This document shows positions 9,106 to 18,438 of a stretch of DNA of 64,000 bases, piece after piece. Source of the stretch: Candidatus Latescibacterota bacterium (lineage in GTDB: Bacteria > Latescibacterota > UBA2968 > UBA8231); contig CBDETK010000013.1 of assembly GCA_965242865.1 (NCBI GenBank), positions 2,816,001 through 2,880,000 of the forward strand. The letters are read 5' to 3'. The position numbers and the translations under genes were made by a program. The notes beneath the pieces are model-generated. The model ran no database searches, had not been told where the DNA came from, and saw only the letters and a list, made by a program, of their open reading frames with translations. Within the stretch, counting starts at the first letter, position 1, and each line of letters opens with the position of its first letter.

Positions 9106-10434
9106 ATGTTCGTCGAAGGCTATACCGACCAGCTCAGCTACCGGGCTGGTGAGCAAGTGCGCTTTCACGTGGCTTCCAGCGCGGGCGAGTACGCGCTGGA
9201 AGTGGCGCGGATCGGGGCCGAGCGCGAAGTGATGTGGCGGCAGGATCGGCTGCCGGGGGCGGCCCATCCCGTGCCAGAGGACGCTTCGTCCAATGGCTGC
9301 GGCTGGCCGGTTTCCTGCGCGTTGGAAGTGCCCGACGACTGGCGCAGCGGGTATTACGAGTTTGTGCTGCGGGTCGAGGACCAAGGCGGCAAGTTCGTGC
9401 GGCGCAGGCAGCGCACGGCCGAGAGCCGGGGCTTTTTTATCGTCCGTCCCACCGGCCCCACCGACGCCCGCATCCTCCTCCAGCTAGCCACCAACACGTA
9501 CAACGCGTACAACAACTGGGGCGGCTACAGCCTCTACGGCTATCACGGGCGCGGCGGCTTGCAGGGGCATCGCGTCTCCTTCGACCGTCCGCTGGCCGGG
9601 TTTTTCGACCGCTGGGAGCGCGCCTTTGTCGAGTGGGCGGAGGCGGCTGGATACGCGCTCGACTACTGCGCCAATTCCGATCTCGAATGGCATCCCGAAC
9701 TGTTGGACAACTACCGGCTCGTGCTCAGCGTGGGGCACGACGAATACTGGTCCGGGCCGATGCGCGACCACCTCGAAGCCGCGGTCGCCGCTGGAGTCAA
9801 TGCCGCGTTTTTTAGCGGCAACTCCGTGTGCTGGCAGGTTCGCAGTGAGGACCAGGGCCGGGCGTTGGTGTGCTGGAAGCAACAGTTCAACATGGACCCG
9901 GCCTACGCGGCCAGAGAGTACGCGAATCTTTCGACGTTGTGGAGCCACCACCTCGTGGGCCGGCCGGAAAACGAGCTGACCGGCGTCGGCTTCCTCTACG
10001 GGGGTTATCACTTGAGCCACGGGCAATACATGGACGGGGACGGGGCGTTTGTAGTCCATCGCCCGGAGCACTGGGTCTTTGCCGGGACGGGCTTGCAGCG
10101 GGGCGATAGCTTCGGGGGCGAGCACACCATCGTCGGCTATGAGTGCGATGGCTGCGAGTACGCGCTGGAAAATGGGCTGCCGGTGCCCAAGGGGACCGAT
10201 GGCACCCCGACGGACTTTACCATTTTGTGTACGGCCTCGGCGCGGTGGCACCCGGACGACAGCGAGTGGTACGAGCGCTGGGAAAAGGGTCGGGAGGGCG
10301 CCGCGGTCATGGGCCTTTATACGCGCCGCGGCACGGTGTTCACGGCCGGGACGACCGACTGGTCGCACGGGCTGAAGGGAAACGCAGCCGTCGCCCAGAT
10401 CACCCGCAATGTCCTTGATCGGCTGAGCCGGTAG
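9106..10434 (+). CDS. N,N-dimethylformamidase beta-subunit family (DUF6605-like) protein
   Basis: TYNAYNNWGG, VSFDRP, SVGHDEYWS, FFSGN, VGYECDG, VFTAGTTDW motifs. Confidence 0.85.
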   Translation: MFVEGYTDQLSYRAGEQVRFHVASSAGEYALEVARIGAEREVMWRQDRLPGAAHPVPEDASSNGCGWPVSCALEVPDDWRSGYYEFVLRVEDQGGKFVRRRQRTAESRGFFIVRPTGPTDARILLQLATNTYNAYNNWGGYSLYGYHGRGGLQGHRVSFDRPLAGFFDRWERAFVEWAEAAGYALDYCANSDLEWHPELLDNYRLVLSVGHDEYWSGPMRDHLEAAVAAGVNAAFFSGNSVCWQVRSEDQGRALVCWKQQFNMDPAYAAREYANLSTLWSHHLVGRPENELTGVGFLYGGYHLSHGQYMDGDGAFVVHRPEHWVFAGTGLQRGDSFGGEHTIVGYECDGCEYALENGLPVPKGTDGTPTDFTILCTASARWHPDDSEWYERWEKGREGAAVMGLYTRRGTVFTAGTTDWSHGLKGNAAVAQITRNVLDRLSR

Positions 10435-11305
10435 TGGGTGCGGCCCACTTTTCCCGTTCCCACTGCTTTTGCCCGATCCGCTCGACGTAAGCCGCTCCCC
10501 TGTGCTCGGTCAGCCAGCCCTTGAGGGGAACATCCGCATCTGTTGGCTGCCACCAGCCTTTGACATCTACCCCATCGCCGAGCAATTGCCGGCATATTGG
10601 GCTGCATTTGTCGAGGATTTCAGCGGGCATCAGGTTGTAGTCGAGGCCGCGCAGCCAGCGGTAACTATATCCCAAAAACAGCACTTTCCGGGTCATTTCC
10701 GAGGTATTGATCCCGCGTACGTGCCACATCCGTCGGTCAAACAGCACGGCCGTTCCCGCCTTCACCTGAAGCTGCATGGCATCGGCAAAATCGGGCGGAT
10801 GATCCCGCTTGTGACTTTCCGGGACGATCCGAATCCCCCCTCTGTCCGGCTCGCTGATGTCGGTCAACCAGAATCCCACCTTTAGAGACAACCTCGGTTG
10901 GGGACGCTCCATTTCGGGGACTGGCCGGCCGCCATCTTGGTGCCATCCTCCGGGCTTTAGCTCGGTGCTGTTCTTGGATTCGGGCGGGTAGTAAATCAAG
11001 TGCGAGATATAGTGTTGGATGTTCCAGCCGAGAATGTCCCAGATCAGGGGAAAGGTTTTGGGCCAATCGAGCAGCTCGAGAAAAACATCGTCCTCGACAA
11101 TGGTCCTGAACTTCGTCATCAAGGCGTTGGGTGCCAGGCCACGCGCCGCCCTTTCTTGGGCATCGACGCGATCGCCGGCTTCCAGCAACCGGCCCAGCAT
11201 GTCCTCGTCGAGCGCGTCCTCGATGATCAAGTAGCCCTGCTGATCAAAATGGTCGCGCTGGGCATCGGTCATGCAGTACTGCAAGCAACTTGGGTCCATG
11301 AGCAT
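10400..11305 (-). CDS. Phytanoyl-CoA dioxygenase (PhyH) family Fe(II)/2-oxoglutarate oxygenase
   Basis: F..QGYL N-terminus, WHQD (HxD), VPESHK, LFDRRMWH..N...RK. Confidence 0.88.
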   Translation of the reverse strand: MLMDPSCLQYCMTDAQRDHFDQQGYLIIEDALDEDMLGRLLEAGDRVDAQERAARGLAPNALMTKFRTIVEDDVFLELLDWPKTFPLIWDILGWNIQHYISHLIYYPPESKNSTELKPGGWHQDGGRPVPEMERPQPRLSLKVGFWLTDISEPDRGGIRIVPESHKRDHPPDFADAMQLQVKAGTAVLFDRRMWHVRGINTSEMTRKVLFLGYSYRWLRGLDYNLMPAEILDKCSPICRQLLGDGVDVKGWWQPTDADVPLKGWLTEHRGAAYVERIGQKQWEREKWAAPTTGSADQGHCG

Positions 11306-11413
11306 TACCTCTCGGAATTTGGTTCAGCTAATGTAGAAATCTCGTGCCGCCGAACCTCGCCGGTCCCAACGAGTTGCGACAGTAGCCGATGGTTCTGCCG
11401 TTCGTACCGAACC

Positions 11414-11863
11414 TTACCCGCAATAATCGCCGGATGCACCTGCAACGCGCTCGCCAGATTCATCATCGCCGTAGCGGTCGGCCGATGTCTCGTCAAGTGC
11501 TGCGCCCGGCTGCCGTAGAAGCACATCCGCTGGAATCCCGAGATGCGCGTGGAGGGCACGCGCCATCGGCATCGTGATAGCCCGCTTGCCGGAAAGAACT
11601 TCCGACACTTTCGCCCAGCTCCCGATAAAAGGGATCAGGTCGCACGGCTTCAGGCCTCCCTGCTCCATGCGGAATTCAATGGCCGAGAGGGGGCTTGGAT
11701 ACCCCATTGGCTCGTGCTTGCTCTCATACAACTCGACTAGATCAACCAGAACATCTAACTCGTCCCCCTCCGGGCTACCGTGAGCCGCATCTATAAGTTC
11801 GTCGACTCGGGCTAGTGCGGCTTCGTAGTCCTGCTCAGTCCGAATTGGCTTGACATTCGCCAT
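11414..11863 (-). CDS. higA: HigA-type HTH antitoxin; truncated remnant of a longer HigA-IrrE/ImmA fusion
   Basis: IRTEQDYEAAL..ELYESKH, XRE HTH (VSEVLSGKR); out-of-frame C-terminal remnant VHPAIIAGKVRYE at ~11340-11480. Confidence 0.8.
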   Translation of the reverse strand: MANVKPIRTEQDYEAALARVDELIDAAHGSPEGDELDVLVDLVELYESKHEPMGYPSPLSAIEFRMEQGGLKPCDLIPFIGSWAKVSEVLSGKRAITMPMARALHAHLGIPADVLLRQPGAALDETSADRYGDDESGERVAGASGDYCG

Positions 11864-11865
11864 CT

Positions 11866-12159
11866 CTAAACCTCCTTCGCGTCCACGGCATTATATGCGG
11901 CGTGTGTACCTACGAAGCGCACATAGACGACGCGGTACTCGTAGTTGATTTCCGCCACAAGCCGGTAGTCGTTGCCCTTGATATTGAAGACCACCCGGTT
12001 GCCACCAACGATGCTGGCGTTGCAGTACTTCGCTTTTACCTTTGCCGGCGTATCCCAATTTTCTTGTTTGACCTCCCGATACCAAGCGAGAAGCGGCTCT
12101 TTGGCGTTCGGGTACCGCTCCCAGAACTCCCGGAGTGCTCTCTTGGCGATAATCCGCAT
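11866..12159 (-). CDS. higB: HigB (RelE-superfamily) mRNA interferase toxin
   Basis: MRIIAKRALREFW..VVFNIKGNDYRL..FVGTHAAY signature; upstream of higA. Confidence 0.92.
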   Translation of the reverse strand: MRIIAKRALREFWERYPNAKEPLLAWYREVKQENWDTPAKVKAKYCNASIVGGNRVVFNIKGNDYRLVAEINYEYRVVYVRFVGTHAAYNAVDAKEV

Positions 12160-12189
12160 GGGTCCTACGCCGTTATCGTTTTGACTCTA

Positions 12190-12218
12190 AGTAATTATGA
12201 TCCAAAAAGGGAACAATT
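12190..12218 (-). promoter_or_regulatory. Putative higBA promoter/operator (imperfect palindrome TGATCC-AAAAAG-GGAACA next to a CATAAT -10 on the minus strand)
   Basis: Position ~35-55 nt upstream of higB; inverted-repeat character. Confidence 0.45.
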
Positions 12219-12304
12219 TTGGAAATTAGTACTCGGCGGGCTGAACGTCAAACAAGCCATTAGGAACTCAAGTGCCGTGAGGTGCCTAATTTACCCCGGC
12301 AACC

Positions 12305-13003
12305 CTACCTCCCCCACTCCTCTTTCGGCACTTCCGAATAATCCTGCGGCTCGTACCCAATGGCCCTTTTGCCGTGTTCGACATCGTAGAGCGGCCAGTT
12401 GCTGCCCGACACCCCAAAGACGATTGCAAACTTTACGCCCGGATGGACTAGGGCCTGCTCAAAAACCCGCACGCAATCGCCGTGGCTGAGATGGTGTGGG
12501 TGCTCGGGTTGGTCGCGCTCGAGGTTGAAGTTGCCGATGCGGACGCAGACAAATTCCATGTCGTGCTGGTGGGCAAAAGAGTGGGCTAGGGCCTCGCCGA
12601 AGATCTTGCTGACCGTGTAGATGCCCACCGGGGTGGTAGGCAGCTCGACTGTGCGGTGGATGCTGCGCGGGTAGAGGCTCAAGACCCCAGCGCGGCTGGC
12701 GTACGCAACGCGCTTGACGCCGTTTTGGCGAGCGGCCTCAAAGACGTTGTACGTACCGATGAAGTTGCCCTGCAGCATAGGCTCCCACTCGCTGCCGCCG
12801 GGCAAGCCGCCAATGTGGGCAATGGCATCCACGCCGTGCGTGGCTTCTAACACAGCGTCGAAGTCGGCGAGATCGGAGACGACCGCATCGGCGAGGTCGG
12901 GCATGGGGACGCGGTCGTGGCCGCGCACTTGGTGGCGCACTTGCAGGCCGCGAGCTACGGTGGAGCCGACGCGGCCGGCCGCGCCGGTTACGAGGACGCG
13001 CAT
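12305..13003 (-). CDS. NAD-dependent epimerase/dehydratase (uronate-dehydrogenase-like SDR)
   Basis: TGAAGRVG Rossmann motif, YTVSK catalytic YxxxK, VCVRIG. Confidence 0.85.
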   Translation of the reverse strand: MRVLVTGAAGRVGSTVARGLQVRHQVRGHDRVPMPDLADAVVSDLADFDAVLEATHGVDAIAHIGGLPGGSEWEPMLQGNFIGTYNVFEAARQNGVKRVAYASRAGVLSLYPRSIHRTVELPTTPVGIYTVSKIFGEALAHSFAHQHDMEFVCVRIGNFNLERDQPEHPHHLSHGDCVRVFEQALVHPGVKFAIVFGVSGSNWPLYDVEHGKRAIGYEPQDYSEVPKEEWGR

Positions 13004-13043
13004 GGTAGGTTCCTTTCTTTAATCTTTAAGGTTGGCGTAGGGA

Positions 13044-16000
13044 TCAGCTCGCCTCGCGTTGAGCACCCAAGCACCACCATAGGCCGCAGACGAGCCCAAG
13101 CACCAGCAGCAAGAGGATGCCGGCTTGGACCTGATAGGCCGGGGCCGACAGCGCAGCCAAGCTCTCGACCTCCGAGAGCACCGAGGCAAACCCCAGTAAC
13201 ACGTAGGCGAGCAGGTTGTTCCGCAAGATCAAGACGATGGCAGCGACGGTGAAGCCCACCGTGGAGACAAACGTCAGCAGTTCAAAGAGGAACTCGTCGA
13301 AGTAGATGGCATTGCTGCCGGACAGAATCAAGCCCGCCCCTAATCCCGCCACGACTACGTAGAGCCTCCTTTTTATGACGACGCGGCTGTAGTAGAGCAC
13401 CAACCCCGCGAGAATCGGGGCGAATATGGCCCCGGTTACGCCGTCGGACAGGGGGTTCAAAAAGGGCAAGTACTGATCCAACCCAGAAGGCAGCCCAAAG
13501 CCGAGGCTCGGGTCGGAGGCGATGAAGCGGCTCTCGACGTAGCCGCGCACGTGTTGCCACGCCGCTTTGGCGACGAGGACCAGCGCGACCCCGACGACCG
13601 CGTCGCGGAATTCAGGCACGCGCCGCGCCGACCGCAAGCGCGTCGGCCAGTCTGGATAGAGGCTGGTAGCCAAACCGAGGGCCGCGAGCATCACCAAGCC
13701 GACCCCCAAACTGCCTAGGACCATGCTGAGAATCTGGGTAATGGTGAAGATCGACAGGGTGAGGCGGGTATCGTAGGCGCGCTCGATAACCGACAGGCCA
13801 TTGATGAGGTCGAGTAACCAAAAGGCCGCGACGACCGCGGCGATTTTGACCAGCGGCCCCCAAGCGATGCCCTCGTTCCGCACGCAGCGCACGAGCAGCC
13901 ACAGGCCGTGCAGGACCACGGCGACCACTAAGACGATGAACAGGCCGGAAAGCGCGGTTTTGAGCGTGGTGCTCTCCCGGTACTCGCGCGCCCAAGCCTC
14001 GGGGACATGGAGGAAGCGATAGATAGCAACCGGCTCGTCGCCAGCTACGGTGACCCGCACTCGATAGCGCAACTCATCCACGTTGCGCTCGCTGCCCTCA
14101 GCCGCCTCAAAGACCAAGCGGTGGTCGCGGCGGTTGGGGAGCTTTTCCGTGGAGGACTCCTTCAGCACCAAGCCCTCGGGATCGAGGCCGAAGGAACGCA
14201 AGTGCTCGACCGCGATCGCGCGGGCTTGGGCTTCGCTGAGGTCCGCGCCTGCGGCTTCTTCGGCCAACAGGTGGTTTATGCTGTAGAGTGAGCCATCGGC
14301 TGGATGGATGGCGACCTTGTATTCCTCCTTTTCGCCGTAGCGGAAAAAGCGCGTCACCCACAAGCTGGCCAACAGCTCGTCTCGGTATAGGCGGTTGACG
14401 ACGGCCACGGAGTCGCGCTCTAAGATGTAGCGGACCGCCATGGCGTTGGGTTGATTTTGATAGTACGTGACCACCTCGTATCCCGCGGCATCCGCGCCAG
14501 TCGCCTCTAAGTACGCGATGGCCTGGGCCTCGGCCTCGGCTTGAGTCAGGTGGACATCGACAAAGTCGAGCGGCTTTTCGTAGTCGAGGGCAAAAAAGCC
14601 CAGCGAGGCCACGACCACGGCCACGGCCCAACCGAGGCGGCGCTTGGACAGCGGGGTATAGGCAACCGCCGGGGCGGCGGGCTGTTGTGCTGTGGGTTGA
14701 TCCGCATCGGCTTTGGGAACGGCGGGGGCCGCGCTTTGGTTGAGCAAGGGCGTTGGGTCCGCAAAGCGGCGCTGCCGCAGGTAGAGGACGATAGCCACCG
14801 CCAAGGGCAGGATCATGAGGCCAGCGGACAAGGCCGCTGAAACGACGAAGTAGCTGTTGGACGAGCGAAAGAGGATTAGGGATGTGTACAGGGCGTCCAC
14901 CGTGTAGTGCCATACGAGCGGGGCGAGAATCCCCCAGCGCAGAAAAATATAGCCGACGACAATGCCGATGATTCCCACCTCAATGCCGCGAATGTAAAAA
15001 GGCTGTTGCGGGTAGCCGGCATGAGCGAATCCCCAGATCAGAGCCGCAACAAAGACCGCGGCCCAGCGCGCCTTGAGGTATTTGTGGAGGAAGGGAATCG
15101 AAAAGGCCCGAGAGATAAACTCCTCAGAGACTGCGGGCATAAAGCCGATCAACAGCACCATGATCCAAGGGATGTACGTGTTGACCATTTCGCTGTAGGG
15201 GATGTCGGCCGGGCTCCAAGCCCCGAATTGCTCGGCTGTGGTGTAAAAGAGGACTTGGTAGGCCAAAAAGGCGGGCGTCATGGCCAAGCCGAGCGTGGTG
15301 CCGAGGAGAAAGCGCTTGGTGCGCAGGCCCGCTGGCGTAAACTGGCCCCCGATCTGGATTTGGTTGGCGTAGTAGCGTCGGTACAGCGGCTCGGCCGCGG
15401 CCGTCAGAAAGAAAATGAGGATGCCTTGGCCGACCGCGGCAAACAGGCTGTTGAGCAGTTGCCCGGTCACAAAAGACCCGTAGGTGTCGGTGGTGTCGTA
15501 GCTAAACGAGGTCAGCGGCAGGTTGTTGAGCTCGGCCAGCAGGGTTAGGACCGCGGCAATGGCCCCGAAGACCGCCGCGGTTTTCCAGCGGATGTCGCGG
15601 GCGCGGACGCCGCCAAAGAACGAAATTAGCATCGCCAGCACGGTCAGAACGAGGGCGGTCATAGCCACCAAGCCCGTGGTCTCGTTGCGAGACCGCAGCT
15701 CGGCGTAGTCGCGCTGCCAAGCCTCGGGGACTTTGAGATATTCGCCAAAGCCGCCGATCTGGTCACCTTGCAGGCGCACGTAGAAGCGGTAGTGGGCCTC
15801 GCCAACGGCGAAGTCGCGCAGCTTCCAGCTAAAGGTGTAGTCCGTGCGGTTGGGCCGCTCCTGAGCCTGCGCTTCTACAAACTCGAGCGCGGCGAGCGTC
15901 CGCCCGAGCTCGTCCGTGAGAAAGGTCTCGGCCAAGCGGCGGGCTTGGGCTTCTTCGAGGTGTGCGCCGGGCGTTTCTTCCTCAATGAGATGGGTAAAAC

Positions 16001-16388
16001 TGACGAGCTCGCCAGCCGTTGTAACCGCGGCTTTGAACTCCTCCTTTTCCTGCTCCCGCACCCAGCGGTGGCTCCAGCGCCACAACTGCACTGGATTGCC
16101 GATGACCTGCGTGGCCCCTTCGAGACCGAGCTCGCGCTCGAGGAAGGTCTTGGCTTGGTCGTCGTAGCGAAAAATGGCGCTGTGGCGGTAGGCGGTGAGG
16201 TCAAAGCCGCGGCCCGCGAGAAAATCAGCGGCCTGCTCTTTTGCTTCGTCGCGGGTGACGCGGAAGTCGATGGAGGCTTCGGGAAAGGCGCGATAGAAGT
16301 AGTGGACTCCAACGGCCAAACTAACCGCGGCCACGAGCAAGCAGCCGCCGATGAAGGCGAGGTCTTTTCTCGTTAGCTTTGTTTCCAT
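13044..16388 (-). CDS. Large CPBP (CAAX/Abi) family intramembrane glutamic protease with internally duplicated architecture
   Basis: SEEFISR, WGFAH and HYTVD motifs; two similar extracytoplasmic + TM halves (KEEFK/KEEYK, VPEAW in both). Confidence 0.8.
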   Translation of the reverse strand: METKLTRKDLAFIGGCLLVAAVSLAVGVHYFYRAFPEASIDFRVTRDEAKEQAADFLAGRGFDLTAYRHSAIFRYDDQAKTFLERELGLEGATQVIGNPVQLWRWSHRWVREQEKEEFKAAVTTAGELVSFTHLIEEETPGAHLEEAQARRLAETFLTDELGRTLAALEFVEAQAQERPNRTDYTFSWKLRDFAVGEAHYRFYVRLQGDQIGGFGEYLKVPEAWQRDYAELRSRNETTGLVAMTALVLTVLAMLISFFGGVRARDIRWKTAAVFGAIAAVLTLLAELNNLPLTSFSYDTTDTYGSFVTGQLLNSLFAAVGQGILIFFLTAAAEPLYRRYYANQIQIGGQFTPAGLRTKRFLLGTTLGLAMTPAFLAYQVLFYTTAEQFGAWSPADIPYSEMVNTYIPWIMVLLIGFMPAVSEEFISRAFSIPFLHKYLKARWAAVFVAALIWGFAHAGYPQQPFYIRGIEVGIIGIVVGYIFLRWGILAPLVWHYTVDALYTSLILFRSSNSYFVVSAALSAGLMILPLAVAIVLYLRQRRFADPTPLLNQSAAPAVPKADADQPTAQQPAAPAVAYTPLSKRRLGWAVAVVVASLGFFALDYEKPLDFVDVHLTQAEAEAQAIAYLEATGADAAGYEVVTYYQNQPNAMAVRYILERDSVAVVNRLYRDELLASLWVTRFFRYGEKEEYKVAIHPADGSLYSINHLLAEEAAGADLSEAQARAIAVEHLRSFGLDPEGLVLKESSTEKLPNRRDHRLVFEAAEGSERNVDELRYRVRVTVAGDEPVAIYRFLHVPEAWAREYRESTTLKTALSGLFIVLVVAVVLHGLWLLVRCVRNEGIAWGPLVKIAAVVAAFWLLDLINGLSVIERAYDTRLTLSIFTITQILSMVLGSLGVGLVMLAALGLATSLYPDWPTRLRSARRVPEFRDAVVGVALVLVAKAAWQHVRGYVESRFIASDPSLGFGLPSGLDQYLPFLNPLSDGVTGAIFAPILAGLVLYYSRVVIKRRLYVVVAGLGAGLILSGSNAIYFDEFLFELLTFVSTVGFTVAAIVLILRNNLLAYVLLGFASVLSEVESLAALSAPAYQVQAGILLLLVLGLVCGLWWCLGAQREAS

Positions 16389-16470
16389 CGGTCGCGTGGG
16401 GTTTGAGTTGTGGGGAGACCAATTCTGTCGCGCTTAACATAGCAAAAGACGGAGAAGCGAGCGAGCAGTC

Positions 16471-16516
16471 GCGTTGACGCGCCCAGCGGCGTTTTGCAGA
16501 TTCGCGGCTTCAAACC
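16471..16516 (+). repeat. 46-bp perfect direct repeat (partner 17354-17399) containing sigma70-like TTGACG-N17-CAGATT
   Basis: GCGTTGACGCGCCCAGCGGCGTTTTGCAGATTCGCGGCTTCAAACC at both sites. Confidence 0.92.
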
Positions 16517-16520
16517 GTTA

Positions 16521-16682
16521 GAAGCGGTCTGCAAATTCTGGTGGTCGTCCCTTGCGTCTAAACGATCCCGGCTGGATTCCCGCCCCGTGTCGGAGCACGG
16601 GGTGACGTTCTTTCGCGGAAAAGACGAAGACCGGCTCTACGGCTCGTTTAACACGCCCCAAGGGGGGTTCTCAGACAGCCTT
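16521..16682. mobile_element. MITE with IS5-like termini carrying a REP-like hairpin core
   Basis: Ends GAAGCGGTCTG / CAGACAGCCTT resemble the TIRs of the IS at 37142-38072; TTA and TAA flanks; internal CCCCGTG-TCGGAG-CACGGGG hairpin; inverted second copy at ~60046-60205. Confidence 0.75.
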
Positions 16683-16739
16683 TAAGAAAGGGGCTGTGAA
16701 ATTCTTGAGCTGACATCAAAACAGATTGCACAATCGCGC

Positions 16740-16931
16740 GTGATCGCCAAAGGCAACCGCATTCGCGATGTGCAACGTTTGGTTCACACGTATGGTGGTC
16801 GCGCATCGAGATGGGCCAAAAAGAGCAGTCCCCGTTTTGAAATTGCTGGGCATCAATACGAAATTCACTGGTATGAACATCCCAATATCGGTCGCGTTGA
16901 GCTGAAACAAAAACGAGTTGATTCGCTATGA
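16740..16931 (+). CDS. Small basic protein, putative toxin (start uncertain)
   Basis: IAKG..IRD..RL...YG...W.KK..EIHWYE..IG..ELK pattern; ATGA overlap with the next gene. Confidence 0.55.
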   Translation: MIAKGNRIRDVQRLVHTYGGRASRWAKKSSPRFEIAGHQYEIHWYEHPNIGRVELKQKRVDSL

Positions 16932-17263
16932 TCGTCCAATTTAGAGAACAAAATATCGCCCATCCCGATCTCACCCCCAATCAACATTACATTGTAATTG
17001 GGATAGAAGCCGATGACTTTCGGATCTTGAACGATGCGGGCAGGCCCTTTCTCTATGATGCTTCGTTTTTTGCGGTGATCGATCCCACTGAGCCTGACGA
17101 TTGGGTCACAGAGATTGGCACAGATGGCGAGCGTTATGCCTATCCATGGCCGTTAAATTCAGTTGGTTTTTTTGAGGATTTTTTTAACGGCGAGAAAAGC
17201 GCGATTGTCACATTCTGGCAGGTTGTCAATCATCAACTTGCTGCTGCCTCAGAGACCAGCTAG
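16928..17263 (+). CDS. Small acidic protein, putative immunity/antitoxin
   Basis: LT....Y.V.GIE...FRI.ND.G.P.LY....F.V.D pattern; translationally coupled to the upstream basic ORF. Confidence 0.6.
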   Translation: MIVQFREQNIAHPDLTPNQHYIVIGIEADDFRILNDAGRPFLYDASFFAVIDPTEPDDWVTEIGTDGERYAYPWPLNSVGFFEDFFNGEKSAIVTFWQVVNHQLAAASETS

Positions 17264-17418
17264 TGAACGGCTACAAGCGGCATTCCGCCGCCCCGGTCTA
17301 GGCTTTTTTGTGCGCTCGGGCGGCCTAGGCTCCCGAATCCGGCCAGCGGCTTGGCGTTGACGCGCCCAGCGGCGTTTTGCAGATTCGCGGCTTCAAACCT
17401 TTAACAGAGGAGCACGTT

Positions 17419-18438
17419 GTGGCAGCAAAAAAACGAGAGCATTTTCGCGTCGGCGTCATCGGCTATGGCGGCGCGTTCAATATGGGTCGATTGCACTTGG
17501 CCTCTATGGCCAAAAACGAAGGGGTAGAAGTGGCTGCGGTTTGCGAGCTCGATGCCGAGCGGCGTCAAGTAGCCGAAGAGGACTTTCCCGGCGTCAAAAC
17601 CTACGGTCGCGTCGGCAGCATGCTGCGGAATGCAAAATTAGACTTGGTGACAATCATCACCCCGCACAACACCCACGCCAAGCTGGCGGTACAGTGCCTC
17701 AATGCCGGGGTTCACGTCGTCTGCGAGAAGCCGCTCGCCATCACCAGCGCCGAAGTCAAGCGCATGCAAGCAGCGGCCAAAAAGAACAAGGCCCTGATCT
17801 CAACGTTTCACAATCGGCGCTGGGACGGCGACTTTGTGGTGCTGCGCGATCTAATCCTCAAAGAGCAAATCATCGGCCGCGTCTTTCGCATTGAGGCCGG
17901 GTTTTACGGCTATGGCGAGCAGGGGACTTGGTGGCGCTCTAATCGCAAAATCTCGGGCGGGGCCATCTACGACTGGGGGGCGCATTTTACGGATTGGATT
18001 TTGAACATCGTCCCGGAAAAAATCGCCTCGGTCAGCGGCTATCAAGTCAAAAATTCCGCGTGGAAAAAATACGACAACGAAGATCACTCCGAATACACGC
18101 TGCGCTTCCAAAGCGGCTGCACCGCCACCCTGACGATGTCCAACTTGTCGATGAGTTCGCGGCCGCGCTGGCGAGTGCTGGGCACGCAGGGCGCGATTGA
18201 GGATGTGGGCGGCAAGTTTCTCGTCAAGGTGCTGATCAATGGCCGCCAGATGAGCACTGAGGTCCCCTTCGCCGAGTCCAATTGGGACGCGTACTACGAA
18301 AACGTTTTCGCGCATCTGCAAGGGTGCGCCGACCTCGTCATTACCCCCCAATCTGCGGGCCGGGTAATCGGCGTCCTCGAAGCCGCCAACATTTCGGCGT
18401 TGCGCGGGTCAGCACCCATCCCCCCCGCCTTTGTCTGA
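17419..18438 (+). CDS. Gfo/Idh/MocA family oxidoreductase
   Basis: GVIGYGG, VCEKP, HNRRWD, GGAIYDWGAH; GAGGAG RBS before GTG 17419. Confidence 0.92.
   Translation: MAAKKREHFRVGVIGYGGAFNMGRLHLASMAKNEGVEVAAVCELDAERRQVAEEDFPGVKTYGRVGSMLRNAKLDLVTIITPHNTHAKLAVQCLNAGVHVVCEKPLAITSAEVKRMQAAAKKNKALISTFHNRRWDGDFVVLRDLILKEQIIGRVFRIEAGFYGYGEQGTWWRSNRKISGGAIYDWGAHFTDWILNIVPEKIASVSGYQVKNSAWKKYDNEDHSEYTLRFQSGCTATLTMSNLSMSSRPRWRVLGTQGAIEDVGGKFLVKVLINGRQMSTEVPFAESNWDAYYENVFAHLQGCADLVITPQSAGRVIGVLEAANISALRGSAPIPPAFV

Noticed and set aside
9484-10368. Long antisense or alternate-frame ORFs (also 19030-20142, 3324-4160, 58873-59883, 39262-40095)
   Set aside because: Shadow ORFs over confidently identified genes in GC-rich DNA, with no motifs
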